Below are positions 55,599-63,548 of a stretch of 64,000 nucleotides of DNA, piece by piece. Every line of letters begins with the position of its first letter. The first letter of the stretch is position 1. A program made the translations under genes and the position numbers. The notes under the pieces are model-generated. The model saw nothing but the letters and a program-made list of their open reading frames with translations. It did not search any database and had not been told where the DNA came from. The stretch spans positions 19,005 to 83,004 of the forward strand of contig CAVDXX010000002.1 of assembly GCA_963613175.1 (NCBI GenBank), given 5' to 3'. The stretch comes from a bacterium. Its GTDB lineage: Bacteria > Patescibacteriota > Saccharimonadia > Saccharimonadales > Saccharimonadaceae.

Positions 55599-55702
55599 CC
55601 GAACATTGTATTCTCGAGCCTTCTCGCTCGCGCCTGTCGTTACAGGGCTCGCTTCGAAGTTTGCTCCCGTTGTCGCAAATGCTCTCGAATCACAATGTTC
55701 GG
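55599..55702. repeat. ~104-nt palindromic element in the rsmH-ftsL spacer
   Basis: Arms ccgaacattgtattctcgag (55599-55618) and ctcgaatcacaatgttcgg (55684-55702). Inner hairpin 55627-55652 is homologous to the der insertion. Confidence 0.7.
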
Positions 55703-55715
55703 CAGCCTTCTCCTA

Positions 55716-55781
55716 TTAGCGGAAGTGAACCTTGATGGTTTGTTTGCGGGATTTGTTCGCAACTACGATTTGTTTTGGCAT
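55716..55781 (-). CDS. Possible 21-aa ORF (MPKQIVVANKSRKQTIKVHFR) with strong SD
   Basis: GGAGGCAAA-ATG on the minus strand, 35 nt downstream of the rsmH stop. TAA-TAG double stop. No homology recognised. Confidence 0.2.
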   Translation of the reverse strand: MPKQIVVANKSRKQTIKVHFR

Positions 55782-55815
55782 TTTGCCTCCTTTTTGTTTT
55801 ATGTTTTTATTTTTA

Positions 55816-56691
55816 TCAATTCCGCTTCCGAGCGAGGCGCAATTTAGCGCTGCGCGATCGCGGGTTGATAACTAACTCCTCACTCTCCGCAACAATAGGC
55901 TTTTTGTTGATTAGTTCCAAAGGGGATTCTTCGCCGAGACTGGTGGCCGCTTTGAAGTAGTCCTTGACTAACCGGTCTTCTAGACTGTGAAAGGTGATAA
56001 TTCCGAGACGGCCGTTTCTGTTTAGCAGTTTCGGAATAAGTGGCAAAGTTTTTTCAATTTCGCCGAGTTCATCGTTAACTGCGATGCGGACCGCTTGGAA
56101 GACCTTGGTGGCGGGATGGATGTGTGAATAGCGAGATTTAGATTTAACTAAATCCGCAAGTTCGCTAGTGGTTTTCAGCGGGCGGTGATGAACTATTTCG
56201 CGAGCCAACATCTTGGCGCGTCCGGGCTTTTCTTCGCCGAAGTTAATGAAAATTTCGGCTAGTTCCCGTTCGCTAGTTTTATTAATGATGTCGGCAGCGG
56301 TTCTTCCCTGCCTGCGATCCATCCGCATGTCCAGAGGGGCGTCGTTTTTAAACGAAAAACCGCGCTCGGCCATGTCTAGTTGCGGAGAAGAAACTCCAAA
56401 ATCCGCGAGAATTAAATCAAAAGTCGCTCCACACTCGAAAAGTTGCAGCACCGCACTATAAAAATCCGTATGTTTTAAGCTGATTTCGGACGGAAGATGC
56501 TGTTTTAAATATTCGATAGCAAATTCGTCACGATCAACCAGACAAGAATCTTTATAATTCTGTGTCACAGCCAAAATTTCGCTAGCATGCCCACCGTAAC
56601 CTGCGGTTAAGTCAAGATAACTTTCATCGGGTTTTGGTTCGAGCCCTGCTAGGACTTCTGATAATAACACTGGGATATGTAGTTTCTCCAT
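55816..56691 (-). CDS. rsmH: 16S rRNA (cytosine1402-N4)-methyltransferase
   Basis: HIPVLLSEV, DLTAGYGGHA, DFGVSSPQLD, ITFHSLEDR. Start set at MEKLH because TATAAT (56703-56698) lies 6 nt upstream. Confidence 0.9.
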   Translation of the reverse strand: MEKLHIPVLLSEVLAGLEPKPDESYLDLTAGYGGHASEILAVTQNYKDSCLVDRDEFAIEYLKQHLPSEISLKHTDFYSAVLQLFECGATFDLILADFGVSSPQLDMAERGFSFKNDAPLDMRMDRRQGRTAADIINKTSERELAEIFINFGEEKPGRAKMLAREIVHHRPLKTTSELADLVKSKSRYSHIHPATKVFQAVRIAVNDELGEIEKTLPLIPKLLNRNGRLGIITFHSLEDRLVKDYFKAATSLGEESPLELINKKPIVAESEELVINPRSRSAKLRLARKRN

Positions 56692-57139
56692 GTGTATATT
56701 ATACACTGTTTTTGTTCGCTTGAGACCGTTCAACTAGAAACTGCGGCGGGTTTGTGTTTGCTTTGATTTTTGTTTAGACACAATATAATCCACCACGATT
56801 ATAGTAATCGTAGCCGTTGAGAGACTTATTGTGTAATAGACCATAGAGTTTTAATTGGGAGGTGTGTTTTGAGGAAGGTACGCACGATTGTTTTGTCGCA
56901 TCTCGCTTAAATTTAATGCGCGCCAAAGCTCCTAGTTGGTCGGTCTCAAACTTTTTTAATGTACTTTTGTTTCGCGTTTTTGTTGTTTTATTCGCTTAAC
57001 ATTAGTTTATGATATTTTCTAAATTTTAGCAAGAGCTTTTTTGGACTTTTTTGCACTTTTTAGTTTTCAACAATTGTGGAAAACTTCCCTGTTAATTTAC
57101 CGAACAAAGCGCGTTGAAAATTGCCGAAAAATGTGTCAT

Positions 57140-57236
57140 AAAAACCGAACACTTGGGCGAAAGCAATCAGAAAATGCCTTTTTCGGACACACTCAAGGCC
57201 GTTCGGCCAAGCTTATGGTCCTCAAAAGGCATTTTC
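57140..57236. repeat. Intergenic copy of the palindromic element (perfect 13-bp stem + 41-nt core)
   Basis: aaaaaccgaaca 12-mer at 57140-57151. Stem gaaaatgcctttt (57170-57182) pairs with aaaaggcattttc (57224-57236). Core 57183-57223. Confidence 0.8.
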
Positions 57237-57296
57237 GATTGCAAAACATTGCGCAAGATATGATATAATTAGCAGATAAAAGGAGAGGTAAAAAAA

Positions 57297-58271
57297 ATGG
57301 AAGAATTTGATGTGTTTCTCTGGGCGAACGAGATTGACGAGGTAAAAAATAATGTTTCCGCGGAGTTGTTTTTGTTTAATAAAAACTATACGCCCTTTAA
57401 GATTAAGTATTCGGATAAGCTGACAGGAGCGGTGAAGGCAATGTTCATGCAAGAAGCAGTGAATTTTGTGAACGAAGAAGCTGAAAAGGGTTTGGAATGT
57501 CGCGAATACGAGAAGGCGGACGGCGAGGAGAAGGTGATTTATAAAACTTCCCTGTCGAAAGTCGGACGAGCGGAAACTTTGATTCATCTGATCGAAAATG
57601 AATATAAAGATATTGACTATTTTTCAGAGAATGAACATGATTTTAAGAAGGTGAAGGGTATCATTGCAAAATTCACTTACCCTGGCGGCGAAGACGGGAC
57701 GAAGACTTTTTACATCGCAAAATTGTTGCCAGCGTCGGGGGCGCTAAAAGGTGCAACCTCTTGGGAAATTAAGGGTGAGAGTTTCGAACCGTTTTCGGCG
57801 GAAATCGCGCTAAAAATGCCGGAAGATAACCAAGTGGCGATTGTGGATAAGACGATTGTTGTGTTCAATCAGGCGAAATTCGAGAATTTGTTTCAATACG
57901 ATTACAAGTCGCAGGTGATTGCCGAAGCGAAGGCAAAAGAATTGTGTGAAAAATATAAATTGTCATTTGCGGAGGGGCTGACGCTAGACGCTCTACTCGC
58001 GGACAAGAAGCCGATTTTGAAAAAAGTGCAGGCGATGGATATTGCCGAAGAGATGCCGCAAGAAAAATTATTGGATTATGCGGATGAAATGCAACTGGAG
58101 TTGATGACGGACGACGAAGGCTCGATTATTATTATGGACGATAAAGATTTGACTATGTTTGTAAATTTGTTGAACGAAGATTATTATGTCTCGCCGGTGA
58201 ATGGACGGCGATACGAGATAAAATCAAAAAAGTTGCTCAGTGAGCCGGATGGTGAGCCACCAAGAGGGTGA
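57297..58271 (+). CDS. DUF4868 / KwaB-like protein (Kiwa defence component-like), solitary
   Basis: 324 aa. Overall pattern and length recalled for DUF4868, e.g. ...IVVFNQAKFENLFQYDY.... SD AAGGAGAGG. Assignment from memory only. Confidence 0.4.
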   Translation: MEEFDVFLWANEIDEVKNNVSAELFLFNKNYTPFKIKYSDKLTGAVKAMFMQEAVNFVNEEAEKGLECREYEKADGEEKVIYKTSLSKVGRAETLIHLIENEYKDIDYFSENEHDFKKVKGIIAKFTYPGGEDGTKTFYIAKLLPASGALKGATSWEIKGESFEPFSAEIALKMPEDNQVAIVDKTIVVFNQAKFENLFQYDYKSQVIAEAKAKELCEKYKLSFAEGLTLDALLADKKPILKKVQAMDIAEEMPQEKLLDYADEMQLELMTDDEGSIIIMDDKDLTMFVNLLNEDYYVSPVNGRRYEIKSKKLLSEPDGEPPRG

Positions 58272-58322
58272 TATCGGAAATACAGTTTTATAGAACCATG
58301 AAGCTCTTTTTGGCGGGAAAAC

Positions 58323-58853
58323 TTACAGTTCGAAATAGGCGTCTTTAATGAAATTCGATTCACCAAGAGTGCGGAAAGTTTTTTCGAGGTCGTTTTTTGC
58401 CTCGAGAACGGAATCGTCCGAGCTGATTTCGGATTCGATTTTAGCATAAAAACCGGGGAGCGTATCGATTTTGTCGAGATGAATTTTCGTTCCCTCGCCC
58501 ATCGTGAGAGTTTGACGGCGACGCGAAACTTCTTTATTTAATTTAAAACCAAGTTGCATAATAATATTAACTAGTTTTTCGTAATCTTTAACTTCGGTCG
58601 TTTCAACGATGTCGATGCCAGAATCTTCGATATGGCGTTTTAAGATAAAATAGTATTTTGCCGGTTTATCGACCGCTTTCATCTCGGTTCGCATTACAAG
58701 GCGCGGAAAATTAGCGTGCGGTTTATAGCCTCGAGGGGTATAAACTCGATCGTGCTGCCAATAAATCGCCGAAAAATCAAGATCGATATCAGAGAGTTTA
58801 TCCTCGAAATCATCGTGATTTTTCAATTTGCACTTCAAAATAACTCTTTTCAT
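58323..58853 (-). CDS. CYTH-domain protein (class IV adenylate cyclase/CyaB-like)
   Basis: ILKCKL, QHDRVY, LVMRTE, ILKRH, IHLDKIDTLPGFYAKIESEI. Start at MKRV (TATAAT 58865-58860 lies 6 nt upstream). Confidence 0.65.
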   Translation of the reverse strand: MKRVILKCKLKNHDDFEDKLSDIDLDFSAIYWQHDRVYTPRGYKPHANFPRLVMRTEMKAVDKPAKYYFILKRHIEDSGIDIVETTEVKDYEKLVNIIMQLGFKLNKEVSRRRQTLTMGEGTKIHLDKIDTLPGFYAKIESEISSDDSVLEAKNDLEKTFRTLGESNFIKDAYFEL

Positions 58854-58891
58854 GAACCTATTATAACACATTAGTAGTACGGATTAACCTG

Positions 58892-60517
58892 CTACTCTGC
58901 TCCCAGGTCAACAAGACGAGCCTCAATGGAGCGTATATTACGAAATTCATTTTCCATTAACTTAATGGTCGGTGAAATTTTATCCCCTTGAGAAAGTTCT
59001 AGCCATTTTTCAGGAGCAAAAAATGCAACGATTTTAAGAGGTCTGCCGGCGTTGTCTTCGACGTCGAGTCGGAGATGATTCTTGTCCGCACCCATTAGGG
59101 TTGTGTTCGCAATTTTAATATTATTTAGATGTAAAACTATCTCTTCGTTCCCTGGTCCGTAAGGTTCAAGAGTTTTGATCTGTTCCAGTAATTCTAGTGA
59201 TAAATCGGCAAAATCTTCGATTTCGAGGTCCGGTTTTTGTTTGAGATGGCTGGTTTGATCTTTTAAATCTAAATTTCGGTAATAATCATTAATTTGTTCA
59301 CGAAATTGATAGAGATTTTCGCGCTTCAAGCGCACCCCCGCAGCGCCAGCGTGCCCGCCACCGCCGATGATGGTGTTTTTAACGTGATTTAGAGCCTCGG
59401 CGAGGTTAAAATCACCAAAACTGCGCCCAGAACCTTTCAAAATCTGGTCGCCAACCTCTGTTAGAACAAAAGAGGGACGTGCATAATCATCTGTTAAGCG
59501 TCCAGCGACAATACCAAGAATGCCTTCGTGCCAATCGCCAACCTCGATAATCACCGGCTCGTCACTAACCCCTCGCTCGGTAATTTCGGAAATGGCGGAA
59601 AGTTGTTCAGTACGACGTTTTGAGTTCAATTCCTCTAGACGCGAGGTGAGTTCGACTGCCTTAACAGTGGAATTTGTACGCAAAAGTTCCAGAGAAACGT
59701 CGGCAGTTTCAATTCTTCCAGCAGCATTCAGGCGCGGTCCAAGCCGAAAACCGATATCCTCAGAGGAAAGTTTTTTGATACGCGCCTTATCCATGAGTTC
59801 TTTCAGCCCTGGTCGCCGAGTTTTTTCGAGGACTTTCATCCCATAATAAGTCAAAATCCGATTCTCGGGCGAAATTAACATACTGTCACAAATTGTCCCG
59901 AGTAAAACCAAATCAAGCAACCATTTTTCCTGCCCGTTCGGAAGCAAGCCCTCTTTTACGAGAGCCTGCGCAAGTTTGAAAGCGACACCAACGCCGGCAA
60001 GATGTTCCAACCCACTACCAATGGGGGCGGAAAAATCCTTGCGCTTCGGATTAACAACCGCAACTGCCTCAGGAAGAGTATCGTCAGTTTCGTGATGATC
60101 GGTGATGATGCTATCGATGCCAAGAGTGTTTAATTCTTCGACAATGGCATGGTTACGCGAACCGCAGTCGACAGTAATCACGAGTTTCGACCCCTGTTCT
60201 TTTGCGAATTGAATCATTTTTGGGCTCATGCCATAACCATCGGCGAAACGATCCGGAAGTATAATATCGATATTTTCCGGCTTAACGCCGACGAGAAGTA
60301 AAGTTTGCTCCATCACCGTACTGGCGGTCACACCGTCAACATCATAATCCCCGTAGATGAGGATTTTTTCGGAGTTTTTCAGCGCGCTCTCGATCCGCGC
60401 GATCGCCTTTTTCATATCTGGGAGCGAAAAAGGGTCGGCAGATTTCTCATAATCGGGATGCAAAAAATCATCGCTCAATCCCCGTTTTTTAACCAGTTGT
60501 TCAAATAATTTATTCAC
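58892..60517 (-). CDS. recJ: Single-stranded-DNA-specific exonuclease RecJ
   Basis: DHH motifs IYGDYDVDGVT, VDCG, ITDHH. DHHA1 GGGHAGAAG. Confidence 0.88.
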   Translation of the reverse strand: MNKLFEQLVKKRGLSDDFLHPDYEKSADPFSLPDMKKAIARIESALKNSEKILIYGDYDVDGVTASTVMEQTLLLVGVKPENIDIILPDRFADGYGMSPKMIQFAKEQGSKLVITVDCGSRNHAIVEELNTLGIDSIITDHHETDDTLPEAVAVVNPKRKDFSAPIGSGLEHLAGVGVAFKLAQALVKEGLLPNGQEKWLLDLVLLGTICDSMLISPENRILTYYGMKVLEKTRRPGLKELMDKARIKKLSSEDIGFRLGPRLNAAGRIETADVSLELLRTNSTVKAVELTSRLEELNSKRRTEQLSAISEITERGVSDEPVIIEVGDWHEGILGIVAGRLTDDYARPSFVLTEVGDQILKGSGRSFGDFNLAEALNHVKNTIIGGGGHAGAAGVRLKRENLYQFREQINDYYRNLDLKDQTSHLKQKPDLEIEDFADLSLELLEQIKTLEPYGPGNEEIVLHLNNIKIANTTLMGADKNHLRLDVEDNAGRPLKIVAFFAPEKWLELSQGDKISPTIKLMENEFRNIRSIEARLVDLGAE

Positions 60518-60561
60518 ACTTCTTCCCTGTTTTTGATGGTTTATCTGATTTCTAGAATCAG

Positions 60562-60852
60562 CTAGCCGATAGTTTTACTTGGCTTGTTCTTCTTTTGACT
60601 TTTGATAACGATACTCTGAAGTTCTTTTAAAATCGGGAATTGCTTGTTGGTTTGATAGATTTTCGTCTTACCTTTTTTAGTGGCGATTAGAAATTTACCG
60701 TCCACCATTCGGTTTAATTCCCTCTGAATATTGCCGGGATCTTCCTTAATTAACTTCGCCAACCCGCGAACATGGGTCTTGAAATCTGGATATTTAGCAA
60801 AAACTACGATGATTTTTCGGCGCACCCGAGATGTGACAAATATATCTAACAT
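60562..60852 (-). CDS. Small winged-helix transcriptional regulator
   Basis: 96 aa. HVRGLAKLIKEDPGNIQRELNRMVDGKFL looks like an HTH plus wing. Confidence 0.45.
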   Translation of the reverse strand: MLDIFVTSRVRRKIIVVFAKYPDFKTHVRGLAKLIKEDPGNIQRELNRMVDGKFLIATKKGKTKIYQTNKQFPILKELQSIVIKSQKKNKPSKTIG

Positions 60853-60932
60853 ATTACCTCGCTTAACTATCTCTATTATAGCACGAATTTAGGGATTTTT
60901 GGTAATTTTTACAACAATGCTATAATTAATTT

Positions 60933-62945
60933 ATGTATTACGAGGTGATTCCGGAAGGAAAAGTTGGGAGGTTGACTTATCATAGCGAGGTTGGTTCCCT
61001 GGTGTCGGGGCAGGTTGTCTTAGTGTCGCTCGGACGACGGACTGTGCCGGGGGTGGTGGTGAAAAAAGTTGCTCAACCGAATTTTCAGACCAAGCCGATT
61101 GTGAAAATTTTGTATACAAAGCCGTTGCCGCGGCAGCTTTTGGCGGTGGTGCGGTTTTTGCGCGCATATTATCTGACGGCTGAGGGAGAGGGGGTCTCTT
61201 TGATTTTGCCGAATGGGGTTGAGAAACAGAGACGGAAGGCAAAAACCGAACAAATGTTCGGGAACAACTTATCTCTGGACGGGTCCTGTCGTCGCCTCCC
61301 CCCCAAAAATTTTTGTCAAGACAAAACATTTTTGGGGTCCCCTCCGGCGACACCACCCGTCCAGGTCGATATTCCGCTTAACCCTGCTCAAAAAATGGCC
61401 CTAGAAGGCCTGCAGAAGGCTCCAGGAGCGACGAAACTGCTGTTTGGCTTAACTGGTAGTGGTAAAACGAACATCTACCTTAAAATGGCGCTAAACGCGT
61501 TTAAACGGCAAAAATCTACGATCGTTTTAGTGCCGGAAATTGCTTTGACAGGGCAGTTGGTACGGGTTTTTCGGCAGGTTTTTGGCGAAAATGTGGTGTT
61601 AATTCATTCAAAACAAACAGAGGCGGAACGACACCGAATTTTTGATTCCCTGCTTTTTAGCGAAGGGCCGAAAATTGTAATTGGTCCGCGTTCGGCGTTG
61701 TTTGCGCCCCTGTCGAATTTGGGACTGATCGTGGTTGATGAGGAGCACGAAACGAGCTATTATCAAGAAAATGCGCCGAAATATTCGGCAATACGAGTGG
61801 CGAGTTTTTTGGCGCAGGAATTGAAAATTGATTGTATTTTAGGCTCGGCAACGCCGGAAATTGCGGATTTTTATCTGGCTTCGAAACTGGGATCGGTGGT
61901 AAAACTAACAGAGAAAGCGAAAGCGACGGCGATCAAGCCTGAGGTAAAAATTGTCGATTTTAAAAATCGCGATAATTTCCGAAAAAATCGGTATTTTTCG
62001 GGGGTATTGCTCGCGGCGATAGAGAGGAATCTAGAACAGGAGCAGCAAACGCTGATTTTTCATAACCGACGGGGGTCGGCGCCGCTGACAATTTGTGAAA
62101 ATTGCGGCGAAGAGATCCTCTGTCCGAATTGTTTTTTGCCGCTGACCTTGCACGCTGATAATTATGATTTAGTTTGCCATACCTGTGGTTTTTCGGAAAA
62201 AGTCCCCTCGTGTTGTCCAAAATGCGGGACGCCCGGGATGGTACATAAGGGGTTTGGGACAAAATTATTAGAGACGGAGCTGAAAAAATTGTTTCCGAAG
62301 GCGAAGGTGCGGCGGTTTGATGCGGATAATAAGAAGGAGGAACGATTAGAGGCGGTTTATGATGCGGTACGAGAAGGCGAAATTGATATTTTAGTGGGGA
62401 CGCAGACGATTGCGAAGGGACTGGACTTGCCGAAACTCGCAACGGTTGGGGTCGTTCAGGCTGATGCAGGGCTATCTTTGCCGGATTTTATGGCGGAAGA
62501 GCGGGTTTTTCAACTTTTGACACAGGTGATGGGTCGAGTGGGTCGGGGACATTCGGAAATTGCGGAAATGATCGTGCAGACTTTTCGGCCGGAGCATCCG
62601 GTGCTGAAATTTGCGCTGGCCGAAGATTATCAGGGATTTTATCAGTATTTAATAAGGCGGCGTCAGAAATCCGGTTTCCCGCCGTTTCGGTTCGTGATGA
62701 AACTGGAAATTACACTAAAAACAGAGGCGGTAGTACTGAAAAAAGTGCGGACGACGGTGCAAGAATTGTCGGCTAATACCGATTTAATTGTTTCCCCGCC
62801 CCAGCCGGCTTTTCACGAGCGAACGGCGCGAGGATTTACTTGGCAAATTATCGTGCGATCGCAGTCGCGAGCGAAATTATTGAAAGCCTGCGAAGGACTA
62901 GACAAGAATTTCAAAGTAACGCTTGATCCGCCAGGACTACTGTAA
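60933..62945 (+). CDS. priA: Primosomal protein N' (replication restart helicase PriA) with palindromic in-frame insertion
   Basis: GLTGSGKTN, VVDEEHE, Cys4 zinc cluster CENCGEEILCPNC...CHTCG...CPKCG, GTQTIAKGLD, GRVGRG. Confidence 0.88.
   Translation: MYYEVIPEGKVGRLTYHSEVGSLVSGQVVLVSLGRRTVPGVVVKKVAQPNFQTKPIVKILYTKPLPRQLLAVVRFLRAYYLTAEGEGVSLILPNGVEKQRRKAKTEQMFGNNLSLDGSCRRLPPKNFCQDKTFLGSPPATPPVQVDIPLNPAQKMALEGLQKAPGATKLLFGLTGSGKTNIYLKMALNAFKRQKSTIVLVPEIALTGQLVRVFRQVFGENVVLIHSKQTEAERHRIFDSLLFSEGPKIVIGPRSALFAPLSNLGLIVVDEEHETSYYQENAPKYSAIRVASFLAQELKIDCILGSATPEIADFYLASKLGSVVKLTEKAKATAIKPEVKIVDFKNRDNFRKNRYFSGVLLAAIERNLEQEQQTLIFHNRRGSAPLTICENCGEEILCPNCFLPLTLHADNYDLVCHTCGFSEKVPSCCPKCGTPGMVHKGFGTKLLETELKKLFPKAKVRRFDADNKKEERLEAVYDAVREGEIDILVGTQTIAKGLDLPKLATVGVVQADAGLSLPDFMAEERVFQLLTQVMGRVGRGHSEIAEMIVQTFRPEHPVLKFALAEDYQGFYQYLIRRRQKSGFPPFRFVMKLEITLKTEAVVLKKVRTTVQELSANTDLIVSPPQPAFHERTARGFTWQIIVRSQSRAKLLKACEGLDKNFKVTLDPPGLL
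61241..61362. repeat. Palindromic element inside priA
   Basis: aaaaaccgaaca 12-mer at 61241-61252. ccgaaca-aa-tgttcgg hairpin. Imperfect inverted repeat 61277-61315 against 61322-61362. Confidence 0.7.
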
Positions 62946-62975
62946 GAATAACGTCTTCTGTGATATAATAAAGAT

Positions 62976-63548
62976 ATGAAAATTATTACTACCCCTGACC
63001 CTAGACTACGGGAAATATCTGAGAAAGTTCGCGTTATTGACGAGGAGATTTTGGAGGTAATTGCGGATATGCGAAAATTATCGCTGGACTGGGAAAAAGA
63101 ACATCCGTTCGAATTGTCGGCGGCGATGGCGGCGCCTCAGATTGGGGTGAATAAGCGGATTATTATTATTCGTGACAATATGGAAGACAAGAAAAAAGCG
63201 ACTTTTACGGCGCTAATTAACCCGGAAGTAATTCGGACGGATGGGAAAACTGTGCGGGATTTCGAGGGGTGTTTATCGGTGCCGGCGATTTATGGCAAAG
63301 TGCCGCGAGCTTCGAAGGTAAAAGTGAAGGCGAAACTCGAGGACGGAACAGAGGTGCGGATTAAGGCGACGGGAGAGTTGGCGCGAACACTACTACACGA
63401 AATTGATCATTTGGACGGAGTCTTGTTTATTGACCATATTAAAAATGAAAAAGACGCGTTTTATCGGATGGACGACAAAGGCGAGCTTCAACCGGTGGAT
63501 TTTGAGAGCGAAATTTTGGGGAACACGGAGTTGTGGGGAGAGGAATGA
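62976..63548 (+). CDS. def: Peptide deformylase
   Basis: EGCLSVP and HEIDHLDG. Confidence 0.92.
   Translation: MKIITTPDPRLREISEKVRVIDEEILEVIADMRKLSLDWEKEHPFELSAAMAAPQIGVNKRIIIIRDNMEDKKKATFTALINPEVIRTDGKTVRDFEGCLSVPAIYGKVPRASKVKVKAKLEDGTEVRIKATGELARTLLHEIDHLDGVLFIDHIKNEKDAFYRMDDKGELQPVDFESEILGNTELWGEE

Noticed and set aside
57041-57268. 75-aa ORF whose product contains GHTQGRSAKLMVL, similar to the GatA insertion peptide. I considered it as a possible source gene of the inserted peptide.
   Set aside because: It has no SD or leaderless promoter context and starts at a TTG. The similarity is fully explained by the shared palindromic DNA element being open in that frame.
60931-61356. 141-aa minus-strand Pro/Ser-rich ORF opposite the priA 5' region.
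   Set aside because: It is antisense to priA and is generated by the GC-rich palindromic insertion. It has no start context.
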